43,143 nt of DNA. Source: Dimargaris cristalligena (Eukaryota). The notes below the pieces were generated by a model, which ran no database searches, was not told where the DNA came from, and was given only the letters and a program-made list of their open reading frames with translations. Shown here piece after piece: positions 34,121 through 43,143 of the stretch. A program made the position numbers and the translations under genes. Location of the stretch: contig ML002313.1 of NCBI GenBank assembly GCA_003614675.1, positions 1-43,143 on the forward strand, written 5' to 3'. The number at the start of each line of letters is the position of its first letter. The first letter of the stretch is position 1.

Positions 34121-35856
34121 CGAAACCGGTGATTGCGAAGCAATGAATATGGGTGGAGGGGGCGTGATACCAATGGAGATACTGCCGATCGATATATTTA
34201 ATTCAATAATGTTTTGTGGGAGAAAACAGCGAGTATCAGTCCCAATAACGTTGAAATTAACTTGCAGATAAGTAGAGGAAATGATAAAGCAAGAATAAAA
34301 GAACTTGAAAGTACATCGCTTAGCGGGGCCACTGTATAACTATATACAGGCACTGTATCGTGAAAGATACGACCGACTCACAAGCAACAACAGACCATTT
34401 CGCGCTTATTCTCCTTTTTACGCTCAGTAGTTTCTAGGATGGCTGACCAACAGAACAAGCCGGTCTTTGCAATGGTACTTAATTTTGGGGTTAATTGGGC
34501 TGTATATTTGCAGGTAAAAGGGGACACAGGTATCCCCATCGCTGGGTTATCCACAGCAGCTTCCCATGTAACACAACTACGCATCGAGTGGCTCCAAATA
34601 GGCCTGTAGCTCAATTGTGGTCACATCACAGGGCTTTTTCAAAGGGATTGCGATGGTACAGGCTCTAAACTACCAATATGCACGATAGGCAACAGACAGT
34701 GAGTTCGAGCCAGCAATACTTTCGTATCAATGTATGATGATGAGTACCCCCAATTAATATGCCAGACGTTCAAATAGGATGTATAACGAATAGTCTGTTG
34801 GATAAGGCAATATAAACACTACCGGCTAAAAATGAATCATTCTCCTATTTTGTCCTTCGATAGTTCGCCCTTGAATCCAGCCCTAGCAAGCCCCCTATAT
34901 TTTGCTAACCTGGTGTGGCTCAAGTAGTTACAATTCGACCCCCCCCCTCTACTCTATCTCTCCTTGGTATGACTACTGAATTACATCGCTAACAGTCTTT
35001 TTATCTTTTTGTATTTTTCTCTTGCCTCGTAGGTGGGTTAATGCTAAAAAAGCAATACTCATGTGGCATGGTTTGGTTCAAAAGGGATCTCCATTAACCG
35101 ATTGGGTAAGCTGTTGCACAACCCCCAATATAATTAAGCAAATGAGAGAGGTTCAACCGGGCTGTATAACAAAAAATCCATTGGATGAAGCAAATAATAC
35201 CGGTTAAAAATAAATCTCCCATATATTATCCCATACATTGATCATTTAAATCATGCAACTGGGCCGAATTTCACCCAAATGCTTAGATATGGGGAAGAAG
35301 TACATTACGGGGGGTTATCAATGAAGGTACGCACTTTAAAGCCATTTGAATTGATAATAATCATGTATTTGCCCAAATAGTTCGAAGGAATTGGGGATTT
35401 CATTTCAGCTAAAGGTCTCAACACCACAGGTCCAGTAAGTGAAAGGTGGCTGACTGTAACGATACATACGCACGTACATTGAAATAAAAATGACGGCTGA
35501 ATGGTTGATACATCTTTTTTGCTCATTTCATTGTTATTCACGGAGGCCAATATACTTTTTAATATTGTACAATACGATAGCCATGTGCTGGTAAGTCGTT
35601 AAAAATATTAGTATTGAATGGATGATGATAATTCATGGAGAGACAGAAAGAAAATAATGGAATGGGTGCGCGTATGGGGTACACATTTAATAAAAGTATT
35701 ATCTTATTGGAATAACAGGTTGTTTGGTTGTGGAGAAATTACTAAGAAATAAAGATGGAGGGGTAGGGTTGGTCGGCCCTTTTCGATTTCCCCTTATTGA
35801 TCATATTCACCACCCTTCCTACTCACCAATTCCCCACTAAATTCGGCCCATCTGTA

Positions 35857-38800
35857 TTACAAATTTGGGCTAGAGTCAGCCGAGGGGGAAGAACCGCCTT
35901 GATGGTTATCATGAGTAGGTCGAATAGCCCGCCGGTGAAGATGGTGACGTAAAGCGAAGGGATCCAAATCGTAGTCGGTGCGAGGCTCACTTTGCAGACT
36001 AGCGTTATCGAGCTGGGCGTCCGGATCCGACGGGGAATGGCGATGGTGATGATAATTATGATGAGGTGGTGGTAAGTCCTCCTTTCCTTCTTGCGGACTT
36101 CCTCCGCTGCCCCCGTGGCCGTTGTTGTCATGGCTACTACTGTCAACGGGGAAGTAGCAGGAATGCAGATTACTAAAATAGGTGGATGGGTGGTGTCCGG
36201 CACTACCACCACCACCATTATTATTATTATTATTATTATTCCTATGACCTCCTCCTCCTCCAGCTGCAGTCGGATCAGTGTCTGCCCTATGGATGTAAGG
36301 GACAGCTCCTAGGCCAGCGGTCAAAATGGTCGAGAAGGCGTCATCCGTGGAGGAATAATAGTTGGTCTCCCTAACCTTAGGCGAAGTATGGGCCGAAATA
36401 GGTGACGCGGTCTCCCAATAGGTGGCGGCACCCGGACCACCACCACTTTCATGTGGGTGACCACTACCATAAGCCAATGTTTCTCTTCCTTCTGCCGCAA
36501 GCGGGTAGAAAATGGTGGGTAACGAGATCGTCGAGGCCGCCATCATGATAGTGTCATGATGATGATGATGATGATGGGAACTAGCGGCGGAGGGAATCAT
36601 ATTAGGGATGGCCGAAGTAGTAGCCGCTCGCTTAGGAGCCAAAGGAGTGGGTGACGGACCACCACCACCCATGGAATCCGTGGACGGGCGCGATCGATGC
36701 CGAAGAAACCGGCGATTACTTTTCGCGGAATTCCGTCGGCTCAGCCATCCCCCTCCTATACTGCCACCGGCATCCGACTCGTAGTTGCCGGGGCCATCCG
36801 TTTCTTCACCATCCGTGGTCTCTTCACCAGTACCGCCAGCACCAGTAGCACCGCCGCTGCCGTGCCGAGCGTTCTTTTTCTTATTCCGCTGGGAAGAACG
36901 CCGGCGCCGCAGCCGGTCTTTCAAATACGTGACTGGATCCAACGGCAGGGCCGCGCGCACCAACTGATCGAATTCGCCCTTACCCGTCGGTAGCCACAGT
37001 TCCGGCAGTTTACCCACGATACAGGGGTGCTGGTAGGACCGGATACCGGAATCGAGGATCCCGTGGACCAATTCCATGGGGGATTCGTTATAGTCGGTAT
37101 ATTTGTCCGGTAACAAATCGTACTGGTCCTGGTCGTAGTTTTGCATATTGAGCAAATACCGCCGGGAGTACGGGTGGTTCGGGGGGAAAAATTCGAGACC
37201 GGCGGTTCGACGTCGGAGATCCAGGCTCTTATTATTATTAGCACCGGACGTCTGATCACCACCACCTCCTCCCATGCCCGATCCATCAATATGCAAGTTG
37301 AGGTAGGAAGCCCTTTCGCAGAATGAGTTGCGTGCGGACGAAGGGGCCGGTGACGTGGGCAACAAGGTAGTCGAGCCCATGGGTGTAATAGGTGAATTCA
37401 AGTTCGACATTCCAGCCCCTCCTCCTCCACCGTAATAGGGACGAAAGTCCGAATCCAAGGGGGGTAAGACCAAGTGGGGGTCGGACACCGTGGACGGATC
37501 CCGGGCGTAGTCGGGCACAGGGATAATGACGTCGGGGTCCAGGAATCGAATGGAGGTGGACGGCATCGTGGTCCCCGATAGATAACGGAGACGACTACGG
37601 TACCGGGAGGCCTGGGACCGACGTACGGAGGGTTTGTTGTGGAACAGCTGGTTCAAGAAATGTAACGGGTATTGCGACTGGGTCGAGGGGTTCCGGTGGT
37701 GCTGGGCCGGGGAGGGGGTGGTACCATCAATACCGTCACCGTAGCTATTCCTGCCCCCCGCCGCGGGCAAACTCGCCGCTGACATGCCCCAGCGTCTAAA
37801 GCCCAGGTGCGAGTGGACGTTGCTATTCCGTGGTTCTGGACCACCATTACCGTCCGTGGAGTTCATAAACCGACGACCCAAATTTTGATCAGAGGCGGGG
37901 TGGCGTAAGGAGAGACGGTCATCTCCCCCGCCTTTACCGTAACCCAGGCGGTGGCGGAAACTACGTTTACGTGACCCGGGCATGCTTTTGGAGCGCATAA
38001 GTAACATTTGCCGGAACGTATGGGGGGAAGGTGACGTGGCCGACGGCACGAGGTTGGGCGATAATTCCGTATCAAATGGCCCGTCGTCGTCGGCACCGTC
38101 CGCATTAACCGCCAGGTCGGCCCTATTTTTCGATGTGAGGTGGTGGTCATCGGGTGAGCCCGAGCCAGCCACTGAACGCAGTGACCGAATCATATGGGTG
38201 TTGATGTGCAGTTTCTCACGTAGGGATGTCCGGTGCTTAGCCCGGGTTTCGGCGGAATTCCGCCGACCTAGGGGAATATCCCCCCAGACCGGATCGGCGT
38301 CAATACTCGTCGAATGACGGTGGTGGAAGGGGCGGCGGCGCTGCTTCTCTGGCTCATGGCTCGCCGCCTCCTTCTCCTCTACCCCCCCGTCGACCTCCTA
38401 AAGTAAAGGACTCCACTGACTGGTTCGGTAAGTTTAAAAACGACGGAGGCTCACCACCGGACGCGTCTGCTAAGCCTGAGGTATGATGATCAACCCCCCC
38501 ACCACCCATCACCATTTCCGGAGGTGGAAACTCACTACTCATACTCGGGCGGGCATTCAGATTAGTCGTAAACTCGTAGGGTTTGCCTTCCTCCTCGGCC
38601 ACCACCAACGATTCGAGCCATTTTACCCGTTCCAAATCGGTCATGTTCAAAAAATACGATGGTAGGGCCTGGGAGAAGTGGTCCACGATCTTGTACCACA
38701 TGCTAATGAGCAGCATTTTGTAGCCGTACTTGTGGTGGTCTTCGTACCCGAAATCGAACTGGGTGGGGCGCTGGTGTTCGTCTTCAAACTGGGGTAAGGG

Positions 38801-41800
38801 CGGGTGAGACGGTGGAATAGCCGATGCTGGGACGTTGTCGTCGTCGTCGTCATCATCGGGGTGGGGGGCAATTCGGGGTGACGACTGGGCGGTGGACGGG
38901 CTGGTATCATTGGGGTGGGTGATATCCTCCGGATGGTCGTTGCCATTGTTGTGGTTCGTTAGGGTTGACCGGATGGTAGGGCGAGGAGGGGGAGGGCTGT
39001 TGGTAGTTACCGCGGCAATTTCATCCGTCCAAGCTGATTCCAAATCCGAGGCCGGGGCCGCTGCAGGAGCACCACTCTCATCACCACCACCACCGTTCGG
39101 ACGATGCACCCCAAAGAATTTCGAAACGGGGGTCGAATGCGTACGGTAGACGTTCTTCAGGCCGTCCAATAGGGATGCGCTGATCGAGGAGCGTTCCCGA
39201 GGAGCGGTAGAGGTAGTAGAATCAAAGACCGACGATTCGGTGGTTTTCACGCCATCGGGGGGGTGGCTAGGGGATCTTTGGAGGGGCTGGAGATAATCCT
39301 GAGCTCCCCCCTTTTTTTCAGCCGATAAGTGATCGACGGGGGGTTGTTTGCCTTCCGTGTAGGTATTATCTTCCGACGGGTCACTATTACTACTATTATC
39401 CCTGGGGGGGACAACCACCCCCGCCGGAGCAGGACCATCACCAAAATCGCCTCCTTTGGGTAAGAGGGGGTCGTGGTCACTACTACCATTACTACCCCTA
39501 CGGCCGTTTGGATAAGACGAGCCGCTGGTTCGGGACTGGTGGTGATGATGATGATGATGAGGATGAGCAGTAGCCGCGGCCTGGGCGGCCAGGTGCTTGG
39601 CCTTCAGCCGGCCCAGTTCTTCGCGACGACGCTGATGGAGCCGCAACAGGTACAAGGGTACACAATCACCGTACACGGTGAGAATCTTGTTGATGTAGTG
39701 GAAGAAGAAGGAGTTCATGGCAACGGTGGGAACGGTCAAAATGGCCACGACCCACGAATCCTTCAGTGAGAAGAGACCGAACATGAGCAGGTGGTAAATG
39801 TACATACACACAACCAGTCGACGGACCACATAGGGCCACACGCGGCCCGACGATTCGTAGTATTTAAAGTAGACGTAGAGGAACAGGTATTTGTTGAACA
39901 GGAAGCCCAGGAGGAAGTACAGGATGCCGAACACCAAAATGAGGGGAGAGATGTTGGAGTACGTCAAGGTGATGACGAATACCAGCATGGGGACGGGGTA
40001 CCGTGCGCCCCAGGCGACGTAGATGGGCGCCACGACTTCGGAGAAATCCCGCGGCGTGGTACACAAGTAGCGTCGGAACGCGGTCCAGATCATGGGGAAC
40101 ACCTGGAGCAATTTAAAAGGCAGATAGCCGATACCCAACATGATGATGTAGTTGATGAAGAACGGGGCGACTTGGGGTAAGGAAGAGGCCAGTTTTTTGG
40201 TGACCTGGGTGGGATCATCAAAGATGTCGAAGAGGGAGTTCCACAGTGTCGACGACAAAGTGAACACCAGCAAGACATTGAATATTTGGAAAAAGAACAC
40301 CCGCGAGAGCACAAAAATATCCATCGTGGCCCGGACCCGTAACCCTTTGAATTCGGCCAACTTCTGGATGATGGCGGGTAATAAATTAAAGTAGGAAATC
40401 ATCACCACCGACGGCAGCGTGTAGGAGAACAGGGACTGCATGACCGAATTCCATTCGGCGAGATCCTTCACGAACGACAAATGTTGGCCCAGGGACTCGA
40501 GGGACAGGAACGAGGAGAGAAAAGCCACGGGTACGCCCCAGAAAAAAGTGAGGAAGACCATGGCAATGAATACCAGGATAGTCCGGGTGACCCGACTCCG
40601 TTTCTTGGTCGTTAAGTTATTCCAGTACACGTTACAGGGTTCGGGAGCTAGTCGGGTGATACAGGCGAACGGTTTCGCGTGGGTTAGGGTCTGCGAGGCA
40701 ATATGGGCACTGGTGGAGTGCTCGAACGTCACAAAGCCCACGGAGGAATTCTGGTTGGTGATGCCTGATTCTACATTCATGGCCACTGTGGGGGGTGGGC
40801 CGCTGGAGGCGGCCTGGCTCCGAATGAGCCGTAGGGACCGCACCAGTCGGTCGAATTCGAGGAACCGTTCCTTGTGATAATCGATACCGTCCACCCGGGG
40901 GCCCCGCCGGAACCACCGGCCGGTTGGTAAACGCACGGTAGGGCGGGGGTTGTATTTCGGATTGCGGGCCGCCCGCCGCTGGTACTCGGGTTTCATCCAC
41001 TGGGACGTGAGTACCCGTTCTTCAAAAGCGGCCTCGGGCGTGGGCGTCATGAGAAGCTGGGTTAGACGGGCGCGGTCGTAGTCGGGGGCCTTGCAGGGAT
41101 TGCCAATGAGTTTGGACACCATGGTTTCGAGTTTACGCAGGTGTTCGGCGCGGGACTTGACCAAGGCCGGCAGATCGGACGACTGACCAACAATGTAAAC
41201 CTCCTCCACTTTGCCGATATCCAATTCCTGGAAGAATTTCCGGAGCATGGCGGGGTTCTGGAGGTAGCCAGGGATATTGGTGACCATCACCGACCGGGAT
41301 TCGACCGACCCGGCATTGCGTAAGAGGTAGTGCCACCGCAATGCCAAAAAATGGTAGGAGTAGCGCAGCAAATAGTAGTACACGACCAGGGAGAAGACGT
41401 ACACGAAAATCAGGTGCACCACGAGGTAGGGCGAGGCATCGGGCATGGAGTTCATTGACAAAAAAGCCTCGGAGTCATCGTTACTCCCCACCACGTTGAT
41501 GGGAATCAGAATGCACAGCCCGGGGACGGCCAAGACGCAGAAGATGGCGATGCTCAATTTGAAGAAGCGCAGAAACATGACGGCGTCGAGTCCGACGGTC
41601 TGCAGCATGAACATTTCGGAGGTGTTGATGACTGGCAATAGCCAGCCTAAAAACCGCATGGGCAGTTTGAGGGGGGGCCACCCGCCGGAGCCGGGACCGG
41701 GGGGCGTAGACGGTGGGCCAGCGGAAACGCAGCAAACAAAAAAGAACAAAGAGGACGACGCCGAGAAAAGCGGCCACACCCAGCTGGGTGGTGAGGGACG

Positions 41801-41954
41801 GGGTGTGGTTGGCCACATTAGTGGGCGAGCCGGGAATCCCGGCGGCCCCGCTGCCGTTGTTGAGACCGATAATGTCACCGACATCGATGTCACGGGGATC
41901 TACCACCACCAGAGCCGCCGCCCTGACTGCGCCGGAGTAGTTGATGCTGGGCAT
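35857..41954 (-). CDS. OSCA/TMEM63 (CSC1/RSN1/PHM7-like) calcium-permeable stress-gated channel; about 2031 aa if two +1 frameshifts (41671-41677, 38382-38388) are corrected
   Basis: First TM and FCLLRFRWPTVYAPR in ORF 41954; GLDAVMFLRFFK, SRSVMVTNIP, GFVTFE, APEPCNVYWNNL, FFFQIFNVLLV, YSNISPLILVFG and YESSGRVWP in ORF 41893-38354; the C-terminal fungal motif YTDYNESPM...YQHPCIVGKLPELWLP in ORF 38193-35857. Confidence 0.9.
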
Positions 41955-41987
41955 ACTAGGCCAACCAGGGCATATAATTAACGAGTA

Positions 41988-42008
41988 ATATATATATATA
42001 TATATATA
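41988..42008. repeat. (TA)n microsatellite in the OSCA 5' region
   Basis: About 10 AT units read directly from the sequence. Confidence 0.9.
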
Positions 42009-43086
42009 GGTAGGAGTAGGTTGGGGAGGTAAGGAATATAGTATTAAAAGGGGTATAAAAGGGTGGATAATAATGCGGTCAGGGCGAGAGAACTATGTAT
42101 GTGAGTATGTGTGTGGGTTCACTATTGAAATAATGTAGGAAAGCGCAAAGGGAGGAGAAATGGCGGTAAGCAGATTAGCTAATGAAAGGAATCGATAAGT
42201 AATAACGCCTCGGAGAATTAAAAAAAGCGGTGCCTTGGGTGACCAAGTCGACGGATTGACCAATACTTTTTATGGGCTGAAAGCGCCAAGACTGAAACAA
42301 AGCCGGGGGTTGACACACCACCACAGGAACGACACACCCCAATTGAAGCGGCAGTGACCAGTGCACTGACTGAGGGTGATAAGTGAAACCAGGTGTAATT
42401 TCACAGCTGGTCTGGGATGGCAGAAGGTCGCGCTGCTGCACAGTCGAATCAAGCAAAGGAGGACAATAATAATAAACAGTAGGGATTAATCGCGCGCGTT
42501 CGGCTTAAAACCTAGACGGATTCCAGAAAAGTTGGTATTGCTCTTAAGTAACGAGAAGGAGACGGAAGAAAAGCGATTGGCATTGGATTGGGGGTGCTCT
42601 CCCTTCCTGCTTGCTATTTATCGATAGAATAAGTCGAAAGAGAGGGATATATATATATAAGTCACCAGGGGGACCAACGTCATGGGGTTACCTCACCCAC
42701 CATAGGCGTATTATATATTCCCAGCCCAAGCAGCAACACCAATCGAAGCCCGGGGCTTTGCTACTGCACAATTTAAGTATACCCACAAGGCCAACAACTT
42801 ACTAGGACAGCACACAACCGGCCGAAACGTCGGGTATGCAAAGAACGCGACGACGCAAGGGATTATTATAATTTGGCAATGCCGGAAATCGATGGCTGCC
42901 ACACTCCTCTTAAAGTGACAGGAAGTGAGGGTGGTAAGCCTTGGAAGAGGACGCGCGGCGGGTAAAACAGTGACAAATAACTGACGTGCGTGCGAATGTG
43001 AGGCGTGCGGGGAATATATATATATATTGAGAGAGAGAGAGAGGAGAGGGGTTCTTTGAGTGGATTATATGATATTAATGCAAAGG

Positions 43087-43088
<2 letters not shown>

Positions 43089-43143
<55 letters not shown>
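43089..43143. repeat. (AGT)n microsatellite running off the window end
   Basis: At least 18 perfect AGT units. Confidence 0.97.

Larger units (their letters stand above)
28620..34980 (-). repeat. Diverged tandem segmental duplication (units ~28620-31330 and ~31500-34980; an older copy at ~23070-24700)
   Basis: Noncoding flanks align by eye: 28660-28830 with 31540-31715 (TTGAACCTC.CTCAT...CCTCCCACT.AAAACTT); 28910-29030 with 33045-33165; AGCCCTAGCAAGCCCCCT at ~31197 and ~34879; GCTCAAGTA at ~24642, ~31272 and ~34918. Confidence 0.8.

Noticed and set aside
38249..38266. Perfect 18-bp palindrome TCGGCGGAATTCCGCCGA as a frameshift stimulator
   Set aside because: It lies about 115 nt downstream of the G7 run, too far for a typical stimulatory structure; probably incidental in GC-rich coding DNA.
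38354..41893. 1179-aa ORF taken as the complete OSCA gene, and 35857-38193 as a separate gene
   Set aside because: The true N-terminus (first TM, VYAPR) is in the 41954 frame. The downstream ORF is open back to the G7 run and carries the family's C-terminal motif.
43089..43143. (AGT)n at the window end as a telomere
   Set aside because: A trinucleotide unit unlike TTAGGG-type telomeric repeats; it is adjacent to other microsatellites in a promoter-like region.
1..43143. Prokaryotic systems (CRISPR arrays, operons, defence islands), tRNA/rRNA genes
   Set aside because: The sequence is eukaryotic with spliceosomal introns. No regularly spaced repeats, cloverleaf or rRNA-like segments were seen by eye.

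Overview
Eukaryotic, fungal genomic DNA with GT-AG introns and CTAAC-type branch points. The gene style suggests an early-diverging fungus, possibly Zoopagomycota or Dimargaris-like; this is an impression, not something verifiable here. The left half (1-22 kb) is mostly housekeeping genes: GPI2/PIG-C, SEC63, FES1/HSPBP1, a two-exon cysteine-type tyrosine phosphatase, two small paralogous zinc-finger genes, 7-exon PEX12, CBF5/dyskerin and 3-exon SmE. The segment at 23-35 kb is an accessory island. It holds three tandem paralogs of an unusual protein: signal peptide + conserved K(A/P)(I/M)SL(D/N)FIVN motif at residues 37-46 + disordered linker + C2H2/C2HC zinc-finger array. These are candidate secreted transcription-factor-like effectors. 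One copy is intact, one is truncated by nonsense codons, and one is a pseudogene interrupted by a 548-bp solo LTR (TSD GACTT) inside a CpG-depleted domain of about 4.5 kb. A further orphan secreted-protein gene lies between the copies. The right end carries a very long OSCA/TMEM63 (CSC1/RSN1-like) gene split by two +1 frameshifts at 7-nt homopolymers, followed by an (AGT)n microsatellite at the window edge.
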